Shown: in pieces, positions 1 to 10,153 of the stretch | Position numbering within the stretch: position 1 is the first letter of the stretch | Layout: every line of letters starts with the position of its first letter | Assembly (NCBI GenBank): GCA_902779495.1 | Contig: CACZBP010000003.1 | Coordinates: 1,228-65,227 of the forward strand | Direction: 5' to 3' | Length of the DNA: 64,000 nucleotides | Origin: an uncultured Bacteroidia bacterium | GTDB taxonomy: Bacteria > Bacteroidota > Bacteroidia > Bacteroidales > UBA932 | Made by a program: the position numbers and the translations under genes | Notes under the pieces: generated by a model | What the model was told of the DNA's origin: nothing | Databases searched by the model: none | What the model saw: only the letters and a program-made list of their open reading frames with translations

Positions 1-489
1 GAGCCATATGGCTTCCTGGCCGGAGGTCGCCAGCGGCATCGTCACGCCGTTAAGGGCCATCCAGTCCACGAGGCGCTCCCAGTCTTCCCACTTCCACCAG
101 GGCATAGTGTAGCCGAAAGTGCAGTAGTTCAGGAAGAAACGCTCTTTCACGAGGGCCTTCTTCGTCACTTTTTCGGGCACCGCCGGCATCTGAGAAGGGC
201 ATTGCACCGGGTCGAAGGCGTGCATCGAAACGGTCACGAGGCAGCAGTTCTTCAGATACCAGTTAAGGCCCATTGCCAGGGATATGGCATTGTCGCCGCG
301 CACGTGCAGACGGCCGTCCACCGACTCGACCTCGAAGGTCCCTTCCTGGGGGATTTTCTCGAAAACTATCTTCCCGCAGTAGGCGGGGACTATCCTTTTG
401 GCCAGGCCGCGGACGGCGGCAAGGTCCTTGTCCCGGCTGCAGGATGCCAGAGCCAGGGACACAGCGATTATAAGCAGAATCTTTTTCAT
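1..489 (-). CDS. alpha-N-acetylglucosaminidase (GH89), lipoprotein; N-terminal part, runs off the window edge
   Basis: Manual minus-strand translation from ATG 489: MKKILLIIAVSLALASC (lipobox)...RFFLNYCTFGYTMPWWKWEDWERLVDWMALNGVTMPLATSGQEAIWL, the NAGLU/GH89 signature. Not in the ORF track because it is open at the edge. Confidence 0.88.
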   Translation of the reverse strand, partial: MKKILLIIAVSLALASCSRDKDLAAVRGLAKRIVPAYCGKIVFEKIPQEGTFEVESVDGRLHVRGDNAISLAMGLNWYLKNCCLVTVSMHAFDPVQCPSQMPAVPEKVTKKALVKERFFLNYCTFGYTMPWWKWEDWERLVDWMALNGVTMPLATSGQEAIWL

Positions 490-555
490 AGCCGAAATAT
501 AGCCTTTATTATGCTATTTTCCAAGGGCGCGGCTTGGAATACCGGACTTAATCGT

Positions 556-563
556 TATATTTG
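556..563 (+). promoter_or_regulatory. Bacteroidota sigma-A -7 element (TATATTTG)
   Basis: TAnnTTTG consensus 27 bp upstream of ATG 590. Confidence 0.6.
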
Positions 564-589
564 TGCAGGATACATAATACTTCTGCGCT

Positions 590-1219
590 ATGTTCAAGTC
601 TATTCTAAGCAACCTCACCCGTGTGGCCGGCAGCGCCATCACAAACAAGATCGCCTCCGACAAAATCAGCGAAACCCTCAACAAGGCTCTGGGCAAGGCC
701 GGCGTGGACACCGCCGGAACAGTTGACAGGTCCTTCACCTTCCAGTCCATCCCGAAGACCCTGGAAGAGTTCAAACTGCTCCCCGAAGCCGCCTTGAATG
801 ACGTATATGCCGTGGCCGCCCTCTCGGTCGTCGCCCTCACCCGCTATGAGGTGGACAAAGAGGTGTGTTTCAGCATCCTGGACTTCCTCAAGGGCCCCGA
901 TCCCCTCAGCCCCACCGAGAAGTCGCAGCTTAACGACCGCTTTATGGACGGCAAGACCTACAAGGTCCGCGCCCTGTTCGAAGGCGCCACCCCGCAGAAC
1001 AACTACACCCCCTCCAGGCCCTTCACCGTCAAGGTCTCCTCGAACCCCTACTCCTTCGAGAACGAGAACTGGGCCACCCTCTACGTCCACTCCGGCGGCG
1101 CGGACAACCCCCGACCCGTCCGCCTGCGCATGAAACCCAGCACCGGCCAGTGGTTCCTCGTTGAAATCCAATACCTCGGCGACATCCGCACCCCCTCCGC
1201 CGAGGACAAGTGGGCATAG
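590..1219 (+). CDS. conserved hypothetical protein (DUF6935-like)
   Basis: 209 aa, host-like codon usage; F.GATP.NNY.P and SGGAD.PRP..L motifs recalled from this family. Confidence 0.65.
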   Translation: MFKSILSNLTRVAGSAITNKIASDKISETLNKALGKAGVDTAGTVDRSFTFQSIPKTLEEFKLLPEAALNDVYAVAALSVVALTRYEVDKEVCFSILDFLKGPDPLSPTEKSQLNDRFMDGKTYKVRALFEGATPQNNYTPSRPFTVKVSSNPYSFENENWATLYVHSGGADNPRPVRLRMKPSTGQWFLVEIQYLGDIRTPSAEDKWA

Positions 1220-1282
1220 CCGTCGCCGGCGCCCCCCAAGGGGGAGACGCTTAGGCGCAAGGTCCCCGGGCTGGGCCCCGGG

Positions 1283-1330
1283 GGACCTGCCATCTTTCCG
1301 GCGTTTTTCTGGCAGGTGGCAGGTGGCGGG
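1283..1330 (+). repeat. REP-like palindromic unit GGACCTGCCA-N~17-TGGCAGGT(GGCAGGTGG)
   Basis: Related copies in reverse orientation at ~7791-7843 and ~8233-8268; related units at 9901-10153. Confidence 0.7.
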
Positions 1331-1418
1331 CACAGTGAGGCTGACCAAAAAAGCCGAAAAACAAATTTAAATTTGTACAATTTAAAAATTGTTTATACCT
1401 TTGCAAAAAAGGTAATAA

Positions 1419-1863
1419 ATGAAGTTTGAGGATGTTCTTCACAATGGTCGCCTTTGGGCTGTTAGATATGATGGGGATTCCCAGAACATATTAAATAAAA
1501 CTTTCGGGCAATGGCTTGACATAGGCTATCTGCAATCATTCTTCGATTTGAACAAAAATGATCTGAAGGACTTCTTTCATATCACAAATTTGGACGATGC
1601 AATTTACGATACTATCGTAGACACGGTCTCATTATCTTGTCTTATTCTGGATATTAGTCAAGATGCCAATCTAGATTTATTATTCAGGCCGCTGGAAAAC
1701 TATCGTATTAGAGAAATGCTCCTATCGCGGGAAAAGGCAAAAGGGAAAAGACTGTCAGGTCAAAGATAGGGAACACACGCTCAATGAACTGATAAGGATG
1801 GAGCTTGTGAGAAATTATTTACTGTCTAACGGCATTGTAGATGCAGATGGAATAAAGCAATAG
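1419..1863 (+). pseudogene. disrupted toxin-like gene of a toxin/XRE-antitoxin pair
   Basis: ORF 1419-1769 stops at ...KRLSGQR*. A shifted frame continues DREHTLNELIRMELVRNYLLSNGIVDADGIKQ* to 1863, 5 bp before the XRE gene. AT-rich; TACCTTTG promoter at 1396-1403. Confidence 0.6.
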
Positions 1864-1868
1864 ACGAT

Positions 1869-2318
1869 ATGAATACAACTGATTTTCTCAAGGCCAATGA
1901 GCACAAGGGAACAGAGGATTTTGTTTCAAAGGCACAGTATCTGAAAGACAACTGGATCTGGCTTAGGTACTCCTATGCCATTGCCGTTAAAGTGAGGCGA
2001 AGAATGACGGAAATGGGTATCACCCAGAAACAACTGGCTGATTCTCTGGGCTGCAGTCAGCAACATATATCAATCCTTTTGAATGGAAGGGTCAACATGA
2101 CCCTCGAGACGCTGGCTAAATTGGAGAAAGCTCTCAGCCTGGATCTGATTGAATCCCACTTGGAGGCGTCAGATTATTCATTAGTTCCCACGCCTGCTCC
2201 GGTTTATCTCAATGATGTATCCACCAATGATCCAGAGTACATAAGAGGGACTAAATCCCTCGTGGACGGTTTCAAGCCCAGAAAAAAGAAGGGGCCCAAA
2301 GACAATAAACAGGTCTGA
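1869..2318 (+). CDS. XRE-family helix-turn-helix regulator (HigA-like antitoxin)
   Basis: ITQKQLADSLGCSQQHISILLNGRVNMTLETLAKLEKAL is an HTH_3 pattern. Confidence 0.85.
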   Translation: MNTTDFLKANEHKGTEDFVSKAQYLKDNWIWLRYSYAIAVKVRRRMTEMGITQKQLADSLGCSQQHISILLNGRVNMTLETLAKLEKALSLDLIESHLEASDYSLVPTPAPVYLNDVSTNDPEYIRGTKSLVDGFKPRKKKGPKDNKQV

Positions 2319-2378
2319 TAGTCCGGGCATTGTAAATGCCAGGGTAAATTCGTATATTTGGTCTATAGACAATTGATT

Positions 2379-4673
2379 ATGAAAAGATTTGCCATATTGT
2401 TGTGCCTGATCGGGGTGATGTTCTCGTGCAAGGGGGTGGATGGGGTTCTGAGCGGGGAGACGCTGAGCAGCCCGGACGGGAAGCTGTCGATGGTGTTCGC
2501 GCTGTCGGACGCTGGGGAGCCGATGTATTCTCTGAGCTATGACGGCAAGCCGGTCATCCGGCCGAGCCATCTGGGATATACCCTACGCGGGGAATTCAAG
2601 GGCGGGCATCCGCAGGGCGGGACCTCCGTCAAGGAATATGGGACGCCCCGCGACCTTTGCAAAGGCTTCTCACTGCTGGATGTCGCCCGCGACAGCCTGG
2701 ACGAGACCTGGGAGACCGTCTGGGGCGAAGAGTCCCGCATCCGCAACCACTACAACGAGCTGGCGGTGACCCTGTCGCACACGGATAACATCCTGATGGT
2801 CATCCGTTTCCGTCTGTATGACGACGGCCTCGGACTGCGATATGAATTCCCCCTCCAGAAGGACCTGACCTATTTCACCATCAAGGAGGAGCAGACCGAA
2901 TTCCGCCTCGGCGGCGACTACACCGCCTGGTGGATTCCCGGCGACGTGTATTCAGAGGAATATAATTACACCGAGTGCCGAGTGAGCGAAATCCCCCTCA
3001 GGATGAAGCAGGCCACGGACTATCCCGACCCCCGCCAGTTCTCCCCTTCCGGCGTGCAGACATCCATCCAGATGCGCTCCGACGACGGGCTTTATGTCAA
3101 CATCCACGAAGCCGCCGTCGAAAACTACCCCGGAATGCACCTGGACCTTGACGCAAATACCCTCACCTTCCGCAGCTGGCTCAACCCCGACGCCGAAGGC
3201 TGGAAGGGCCGCCTGCAGGCCCCGTGCAAGAGCCCCTGGCGTACGGTGATGGTCACCGACGATGCCCGTAAAACCCTATCTTCCAGGCTCATACTGAATC
3301 TCAACGAGCCCTGCGCCTTGGACGATGTCTCCTGGATCCACCCGGTAAAGTATATGGGCGTATGGTGGGAGATGATAACCGGCAAGAGCAGCTGGGCCTA
3401 CACCTGGGACTATCCCGCCGTGGAACTTGGCGTCACCGACTATTCCAAGGCCACCCCCAACGGCGTCCACGGGGCCAACAATGACAATGTCAAAAGGTAT
3501 ATAGATTTCGCCTCGGAGCACGGCTTCGACGGCCTTCTCATCGAAGGCTGGAACGAAGGCTGGGAAGACTGGTATGGCTACCAGAAGGACGCCGTCTTCG
3601 ACTTCGTGACGCCATATCCGGATTTTGACCTGCCGGCGCTGAACGCATATGCCCATTCCAAGGGTATAAGGCTGGTGATGCACCACGAAACCTCCTCATC
3701 CACAATAAATTACGAAAGGCACATAGACGAGGCTTTCGACCTTATGAAGCGCTATGGCTATGACGCCGTCAAGACCGGATATGTCGGAAATATAATCCCC
3801 TATGGGGAAGGCCACTACAGCCAGCCGATGGTGAACCATTACAACTACGTGGTCCGCAAGGCGGCGAAAAACCATATTATGGTCAACGCCCACGAGGCCA
3901 TACGTCCGACCGGCCTGTGCCGCACCTGGCCCAATATGATAGGCAACGAAAGCGCTATGGGCACCGAATACCGGGGAGACATCCGTCCCGCCCACGTTAC
4001 GGTCCTCCCCTTCACGCGCCTGCAGGGCGGTCCGATGGACTATACTCCAGGCATATTCGAGTCTGACATATCCCGCCTCAACCCCGCCTCGCAGCACTAT
4101 ATGACAACGACGCTGTGCAAGCAGCTGGCGCTGTATCTGACGATGTATTCGCCCCTGCAGATGGCCGCCGACCTGCCGGAGTATTATTCCGAGCACCTCG
4201 ACGCCTTCCGCTTCATCGAGGACGTGGCCGTCGACTGGGAGCAGAGCCGCTACCTGCTGGCCGAGCCCGGCGATGTCATAGTGGTTGCCCGCCAGGTGCG
4301 AAAGAGCACGCTCGAGACCGCAGCCAAAGGCCTTGCAGCCCTGCCTGACGGTAGGAAGGACTATGTCAACGGAGCGACCCGCTTCAGCGCCGGTCCAGGC
4401 GACGTGTGGTTCGTCGGAGGCGTGACCGACGAGAACGAGCGCACGGCGGAATTCCCGCTGGACTTCCTCCGCAGCGGCGCCAGCTATGAAGCCACCGTCT
4501 ACCGCGATGCCCCCGACGCCGACGGCGTTGCCGGCATCCAGCCGGGCGGGGCCAATCCGGGCAAGCGCTATATAATTGAAAATAAGATTGTTACCTCCGC
4601 CGATTCGCTGAGCATCCGTATGGCCCGCAGCGGTGGTTTCGCCATATCCCTCAAAGAAAAGCCGGTCCGATGA
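2379..4673 (+). CDS. GH97 glycoside hydrolase (SusB-like alpha-glucosidase), lipoprotein
   Basis: Start moved to MKRFAILL (lipobox MFSC). Motifs VKYMGVWWEMI, LIEGWNEGW, MHHET, VKTGYVG, NAHEAIRPTG, GPMDYTPG, SPLQMAADL. Confidence 0.93.
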   Translation: MKRFAILLCLIGVMFSCKGVDGVLSGETLSSPDGKLSMVFALSDAGEPMYSLSYDGKPVIRPSHLGYTLRGEFKGGHPQGGTSVKEYGTPRDLCKGFSLLDVARDSLDETWETVWGEESRIRNHYNELAVTLSHTDNILMVIRFRLYDDGLGLRYEFPLQKDLTYFTIKEEQTEFRLGGDYTAWWIPGDVYSEEYNYTECRVSEIPLRMKQATDYPDPRQFSPSGVQTSIQMRSDDGLYVNIHEAAVENYPGMHLDLDANTLTFRSWLNPDAEGWKGRLQAPCKSPWRTVMVTDDARKTLSSRLILNLNEPCALDDVSWIHPVKYMGVWWEMITGKSSWAYTWDYPAVELGVTDYSKATPNGVHGANNDNVKRYIDFASEHGFDGLLIEGWNEGWEDWYGYQKDAVFDFVTPYPDFDLPALNAYAHSKGIRLVMHHETSSSTINYERHIDEAFDLMKRYGYDAVKTGYVGNIIPYGEGHYSQPMVNHYNYVVRKAAKNHIMVNAHEAIRPTGLCRTWPNMIGNESAMGTEYRGDIRPAHVTVLPFTRLQGGPMDYTPGIFESDISRLNPASQHYMTTTLCKQLALYLTMYSPLQMAADLPEYYSEHLDAFRFIEDVAVDWEQSRYLLAEPGDVIVVARQVRKSTLETAAKGLAALPDGRKDYVNGATRFSAGPGDVWFVGGVTDENERTAEFPLDFLRSGASYEATVYRDAPDADGVAGIQPGGANPGKRYIIENKIVTSADSLSIRMARSGGFAISLKEKPVR

Positions 4674-6457
4674 ACCTCATTCAGCTATTCCGCAACATAC
4701 GGCCGTACGTGCGACCCTACAGGGGTCTTGTCATCATAACCCTCATCCTGACGCTCATCGGGGCATCGATGCAGCAGGTCAACGCCATCGTGCTCGACCG
4801 CACGGTCGATGCGATCAACGCTCTGATAGGCACGTCGTTCACCTGGGGGCAGGCGGCAAGGATCCTGACCATCATCTCCATAGTCCTGCTGGCCAAGGAG
4901 ATCCTGTCTGCCCTCATCACCTTCGCGCAGAACTACTTCGGCGAGAGGATGCGCATCTTTGTCTCGCGAGACCTCTCGCAGAGCGTCATCGAGCGCGTCC
5001 TGACCTTCAGGATGGCCTATTTCAGCTCCGACGAGAACTCCACCGGCAAGGTCCAGGCGAGGATAGACCAGGGCGTCAGCAGTATTTCCAGGACGGTGCA
5101 GAACTTCTTCATCGACCTTCTGCCCCTGTTCACCAGCGCCATCCTTGCCCTTATCCTGATGTTCGCCGCCAATGTCTACGTGGGCCTGGTCGCCCTCGGC
5201 ATAGTCCCCATCTACTTCTGGATAACCGTCCGCCAGGCCCGCCGGCTGAAGGGCTGGAGGCGCCAGATGAGGGGGTATATGGAGACCAAGAGCCAGGGCA
5301 TAAAGAATATCATCGACTCGATCAACGTCATCAAGTCCTTCAACCGCGAAGGCATAGAGGCGCGCAAGCAGCTCGACCTCCAGAACCAGGTGACTGCCAA
5401 CCAGATGAAGACCCGCCGCGTGGGATTCTACTACGCCGGCATCAAGAGTTTCGTCAAGCAGGTCGGCACCGTGCTCGTGATTATCCTCACCGCCTATCTC
5501 GTGCTGATAGACTACCCGGGGATGAGCATCGGTAAGATAATGTACCACGTGATGCTCTTCAGTAACGTCATCGCCCCCATCACCCAGCTCCAGAGGATAT
5601 TCGACGACGTGAACGACGCCCTGATATATGCCGAAGGCTTCTTCGGCATCATCAAGGCCGACGGGGAAGTGGAGCCCAGCGGCACCTTCAGGCCCGAGAC
5701 CATCCGCGGCGAGTTCAGGCTCAGCGGGGTGGATTTCACATATCCCGGCGGCACGCAGGCCCTGTTCGGGGTGGATATGCACATCGAACCCGGCCGCATT
5801 ACCGCGTTGGTGGGCCTGTCCGGCGCCGGCAAGAGCACCATCGTGAACCTGCTGGACAAGTTCTACGAGCCCCAGAAAGGCTCCATCACGCTGGACGGCG
5901 TTCCCCTGCAGGAATATGACACGCAGTATCTGCGCGAGCACATAGGCCTTGTCCTCCAGAAGAACCACATCTTCGACGGGACCATCGAGGAGAATATCCT
6001 CTACGGCAAGCCGTCCGCCACCCACGAGGAAGTCGTTGAAGCCGCGAAGAAGGCGTGCATATATGACCAGATCGTGGCCCTGCCACACGGCTTCGAGGGC
6101 CGCGCGACGGACCTTTCCGGCGGCCAGCAGCAGAGGATAGCCATAGCGAGGATGTTCCTCAAGAACCCTCCGATAGTCTTCCTCGACGAGCCCACCGCAT
6201 CGCTGGATGCCGTTGCTACAGAGCAGATTAAGAACAGCATCGAGGCCATAAAGGAAGGCCGCACGGTGATAATCATATCCCACAATATTTCCCAGATCAT
6301 CGACAGCGACATCATCTACGCCCTGCGCGAGGGGCGTGTCGAGCAGTCCGGCGATCCCGACGAAGTCTACCGCCGCGGCGGCATCTACAAGGACATCATC
6401 GACGCCTCCGCCCGGAGCCTCAACATAAAGAAAATCGCCGACACCATCAGCTCATAG
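4670..6457 (+). CDS. ABC exporter, fused permease/ATP-binding protein
   Basis: N-terminal TM helices; Walker A GLSGAGKS, signature LSGGQQQR, Walker B VFLDE. Confidence 0.93.
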   Translation: MNLIQLFRNIRPYVRPYRGLVIITLILTLIGASMQQVNAIVLDRTVDAINALIGTSFTWGQAARILTIISIVLLAKEILSALITFAQNYFGERMRIFVSRDLSQSVIERVLTFRMAYFSSDENSTGKVQARIDQGVSSISRTVQNFFIDLLPLFTSAILALILMFAANVYVGLVALGIVPIYFWITVRQARRLKGWRRQMRGYMETKSQGIKNIIDSINVIKSFNREGIEARKQLDLQNQVTANQMKTRRVGFYYAGIKSFVKQVGTVLVIILTAYLVLIDYPGMSIGKIMYHVMLFSNVIAPITQLQRIFDDVNDALIYAEGFFGIIKADGEVEPSGTFRPETIRGEFRLSGVDFTYPGGTQALFGVDMHIEPGRITALVGLSGAGKSTIVNLLDKFYEPQKGSITLDGVPLQEYDTQYLREHIGLVLQKNHIFDGTIEENILYGKPSATHEEVVEAAKKACIYDQIVALPHGFEGRATDLSGGQQQRIAIARMFLKNPPIVFLDEPTASLDAVATEQIKNSIEAIKEGRTVIIISHNISQIIDSDIIYALREGRVEQSGDPDEVYRRGGIYKDIIDASARSLNIKKIADTISS

Positions 6458-6491
6458 TTTGCCGTTCGGGGAATAATGCGTTTGCGCCGAT

Positions 6492-7676
6492 ATGAAAGAA
6501 CAGATTTTAATAAGGATTACCGGGCGCGACCAGTCGGGCCTTACCGCCTCGGTTATGGAAATCCTCGCCCGCTACGACCTCTCGCTCGGCATCCTCATCC
6601 GCATCGATGAGGCCAACTCCGGCCAGGTTATGAAGGATCTCCTTTTCAAGACCACGGAGCTTGGGGTCAACATCGGCTTCGAGCCGGTGCCCGACGACGA
6701 GTATGAGCAGTGGGCCGGCCGCCAGGGCAAGAACCGCTATATACTCACCGTCATAGGCCGCAGCCTCTCCGCCCAGCAGATTCATGCAGCGGCGCAAGTG
6801 GTTGCAGAGCAGGGACTTAACATAGATTCCATAAAGCGCCTCACCGGCCGCCTCAGCATCAAGAACCCCGAGCGCAACGTGCGTTCGTGCATCGAGTTTT
6901 CCCTGCGCGGCACCCCCGTGGACAAGGCCGCGATGCAGGCCCGCCTGATGGAGCTGTCCTCCACCACGGAGATGGACTTCTCCATCCAGAAAGACGATAT
7001 GTACCGCAGGATGCGCCGCCTTATCTGCTTCGATATGGACTCCACCCTCATCCAGACCGAGTGCATAGACGAGCTGGCCGAGCGTGCCGGCGTAGGCGAG
7101 CAGGTGCGCGCCATAACAGCCAGCGCGATGCGTGGTGAAATCGACTTCAAGGAGAGTTTCACGAGGCGCGTCGCTCTGCTTAAGGGCCTGGATGTGAGCG
7201 TGATGCAGGAAATCGCAGAGAACCTCCCCGTCACCGAAGGCACCGACCGCCTGATGTCGGTCCTGAAGACCTGCGGCTACAAGATCGCCATCCTCAGCGG
7301 TGGCTTCACCTACTTCGGAGAATACCTCCAGCGCCGCTACGGCATAGACTACGTGTATGCCAACGAGCTCGAAATCGACGAGAACGGCAAGCTCACCGGC
7401 CGCTACCTCGGCGAGGTGGTGGACGGCCGCCGCAAAGCCGACCTGCTGAAACTCATCGCCCAGAGCGAAAAGGTCAACCTCGCCCAGACCATAGCGGTCG
7501 GCGACGGCGCCAACGACCTCCCTATGCTCTCGGAAGCCGGCCTCGGCATAGCCTTCCACGCGAAGCCGCGCGTCGCCAAGGAAGCCCGCCAGTCCATCAA
7601 CACCCTCGGCCTCGACGGCATCCTCTACTTCCTCGGCTTCAAAGACAGCCACCTCGGCGCCCAGGGCCGGATGTAA
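6492..7676 (+). CDS. serB: phosphoserine phosphatase with ACT domains
   Basis: CFDMDSTLI HAD motif I, SGGF, AVGDGANDL; two N-terminal ACT-like domains. Confidence 0.93.
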   Translation: MKEQILIRITGRDQSGLTASVMEILARYDLSLGILIRIDEANSGQVMKDLLFKTTELGVNIGFEPVPDDEYEQWAGRQGKNRYILTVIGRSLSAQQIHAAAQVVAEQGLNIDSIKRLTGRLSIKNPERNVRSCIEFSLRGTPVDKAAMQARLMELSSTTEMDFSIQKDDMYRRMRRLICFDMDSTLIQTECIDELAERAGVGEQVRAITASAMRGEIDFKESFTRRVALLKGLDVSVMQEIAENLPVTEGTDRLMSVLKTCGYKIAILSGGFTYFGEYLQRRYGIDYVYANELEIDENGKLTGRYLGEVVDGRRKADLLKLIAQSEKVNLAQTIAVGDGANDLPMLSEAGLGIAFHAKPRVAKEARQSINTLGLDGILYFLGFKDSHLGAQGRM

Positions 7677-8310
7677 GCCCCCGGGGGCGCCCAGGACGGA
7701 TGTAAGGCCCCGCCGCACCCAGGACGGATGTAAGGCCCCGCTCAGCCCGGGAGCTTGCACTGAAACGCGCAAAAACCTCCTGGCCCCCACCTACCACCTG
7801 CCACCTGCCACAAAAACGGCCCCTGGATGGCAGGTTCCCTGGGAAAAACTCCCCGCCTACCCAGAATCGGCCATTCTTGGGCAGACGATGCGCTGATGCC
7901 CTCCTGAGTGCTTATGTCGGTCCAAAAAATTACCGATTATAAGCATTTTGCCGCGTTTTTGCGCATAATGGTCCATTCGCTGGACCGTTATAAGCACCCC
8001 GTGGCAGTGAGGATGAGGACAGACGGTCGGATTCGGTGCTCGACTGTGCAGAAACACCCTATTTCGGGCAGTATAAAGGACGTCTTTGGTTGTGGAGGGC
8101 AGATTAGAGAACAGTATCGCCTTTTTTTGTTCGCTCAGGTGCCCCAGAGGGCAGATTGGCGTACATTTTCGCCATTTTTTGTCCTCCAAGATGCCCCGGA
8201 AGTAGCAAGAGGACCGTTATTGAATGAACCTCACCCGCCAGAAAAAAGCCTCCTGGATGGCAGGTCCTAGGCGCCCAGGGCCGGATGTAGGGCCCCGGGG
8301 GCGCTCAGGG
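7656..8310. repeat. composite intergenic repeat region between the convergent serB and deoD genes
   Basis: Unit GGCGCCCAGG(G)CCGGATGTAA at 7656, 7686, ~7715 and 8270; internal palindromic units. Confidence 0.75.
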
Positions 8311-8327
8311 AATATCGGGATTGCCGT

Positions 8328-9038
8328 TTAGACCAGCGACAGGGCGACGTCCATCATCCGGGTGAAGGTCTTCTGACGCTCTTCGGAGGTGGTGACTTCG
8401 CCGGTGAGGAGGTGGTCGGAGATGGTCAGGATGCCGAGGGCGCGGTTGCCGCTGCGGGCGGCGTTGAAGTACAGCGCCGCGACTTCCATCTCCACGGCCA
8501 GGACGCCCATCGAGATCCAGCGCTCGGTGCGGGGATTCTCACGGTAGAAGACGTCGGAGGAAAGGACATTGCCCACTTTGTAACGGTAGCCCAGGCGTTC
8601 GCACTCATCGGCGGCGCCGCGCAGCAGGCCGAAATCGCCGATGGGAGCGAAGACTCCGCCGAGCTCATACTGGTCGCCATAGTTGGAGTCCGTGCAGGCG
8701 CCTTCCGCTATGACCAGGTCGCCCACGTGAAGGTCGCGGGTGTATGCACCTGCGCTGCCGACGCGGATTATGGTCTTGACACCGTAGAAGTGGAAGAGTT
8801 CATATGTGTAGAGGCCAATGGAGGGCATACCCATCCCGTGGCCCATCATACTGACGCGTTTGCCTTTGTAAGTTCCTGTGTAGCCAAGCATTCCGCGCAC
8901 CTGGTTGAAGCAGACGGGATCCTCAAGGTACTTCTCGGCCATAAATTTCACGCGGAGCGGGTCGCCCGCCATTATCACGGTTTCGGCTATTTCGCCATAT
9001 TTCGCCCCGATGTGGGGCGTGGGAGTCTTGTCTTTCAT
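8328..9038 (-). CDS. deoD: purine nucleoside phosphorylase
   Basis: [49 protein letters not shown]. Confidence 0.95.
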   Translation of the reverse strand: MKDKTPTPHIGAKYGEIAETVIMAGDPLRVKFMAEKYLEDPVCFNQVRGMLGYTGTYKGKRVSMMGHGMGMPSIGLYTYELFHFYGVKTIIRVGSAGAYTRDLHVGDLVIAEGACTDSNYGDQYELGGVFAPIGDFGLLRGAADECERLGYRYKVGNVLSSDVFYRENPRTERWISMGVLAVEMEVAALYFNAARSGNRALGILTISDHLLTGEVTTSEERQKTFTRMMDVALSLV

Positions 9039-9105
9039 AGTGTTTTATGTGGTTTGGACAAATATAACTAATTTTTGCTACATTTGTGCTAAATAAGCAA
9101 TAGTT

Positions 9106-9870
9106 ATGAGTCCGGTATTCACTGCGCTGATGATTCCTTTCCTGGGGACGGCCCTGGGATCGGCCTTCGTGTTTTTTATGAAACGGGATATGCCGCCCCT
9201 GGTGCAGAAGATCCTCCTGGGATTTGCTTCCGGCGTGATGGTGGCCGCTTCCGTGTGGTCGCTTCTCATCCCTTCCATCGAGATGGGCACCGGGACCTCA
9301 GCCATAGTGCCGCCCACCATAGGCCTTCTCGCAGGCTTTGCATTCCTGCTGCTGATTGACTATATCACTCCTCACATCCATCCTTCCGGCGATGTGGAAG
9401 GCCCCCGGAGCAGCCTGTCCCGCACGGCCAAGCTGGCCCTCGCCGTCACAATCCACAATTTCCCTGAGGGAATGGCAGTGGGAGTCGCCATCGCAGGAGC
9501 CCTGACGGCCGATTTCAATATGGCCGGGGCACTTGCGCTTTCAATCGGTATCGCAATCCAGAACGTCCCTGAGGGCGCCATAATCTCAATGCCCCTGCGG
9601 GCGGAAGGCAACTCGCGCTGGAAGTCCTTCTGCATAGGCGCGCTGAGCGGCATAGTGGAACCCCTGGGCGGCGCCCTGGTGCTTTTCCTCGCGACCTCCA
9701 TCCTGGGCATAATGCCCTTTATGCTGGCCTTTGCCGCCGGCGCAATGCTCTACGTGGTGGTTGAAGAACTCGTCCCGGAATACTCCCAGGGGGCACACTC
9801 CAACATCGGCACGGTCGGCTTCGCGCTGGGGTTTGCCCTGATGATGGTCCTTGACGTGGTGCTGGGCTAG
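9106..9870 (+). CDS. ZIP-family metal transporter (ZupT/GufA-like)
   Basis: HNFPEGMAVG and IQNVPEG motifs, multiple TM helices; TACATTTG promoter at 9079-9086. Confidence 0.92.
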   Translation: MSPVFTALMIPFLGTALGSAFVFFMKRDMPPLVQKILLGFASGVMVAASVWSLLIPSIEMGTGTSAIVPPTIGLLAGFAFLLLIDYITPHIHPSGDVEGPRSSLSRTAKLALAVTIHNFPEGMAVGVAIAGALTADFNMAGALALSIGIAIQNVPEGAIISMPLRAEGNSRWKSFCIGALSGIVEPLGGALVLFLATSILGIMPFMLAFAAGAMLYVVVEELVPEYSQGAHSNIGTVGFALGFALMMVLDVVLG

Positions 9871-9900
9871 CGCCCGTCCTGGGCCCCGGGGCTAGGCGGC

Positions 9901-10153
9901 GGAGACTTGCCAATTTTGGGGCACTTTTCTGGCAAGTGTCGGTGTTTCGCAGAGGGGACTTGCCAGTTTTCGCCCACTTTTCTGGCAAGTGTCGGTGCAT
10001 AACAAGGGGGACCTTGCAGTTTTTGGGGCTGTTTTCGACGAGGTACCCACTTTCGGCAGGGGACCTTGCAGTTTTTGGGGCTGTTTTCGACGAGGTACCC
10101 ACGTTCGGCAGGGGACCTTGCACTTTTTGGCCCCATTTTGAACAAGGTCCCCC
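9901..10153. repeat. tandem array of five 52-53 bp palindromic units
   Basis: GAC(T/C)TTGC core starts at 9904, 9957, 10010, 10062 and 10114; each unit has inverted ends around a T-rich middle. Confidence 0.85.

Noticed and set aside
202-726. ORF 202-726(+)
   Set aside because: Antisense to the GH89 gene and overlaps the 590 gene out of frame.
7857-8270. ORFs 7857-8189(-) and 7908-8270(+)
   Set aside because: They lie over palindromic repeat units, with atypical codon usage and no motifs.
9901-10153. Possible CRISPR array
   Set aside because: Units are whole-length tandem duplicates without unique spacers, the repeat sequence drifts along the array, and no cas genes are present.
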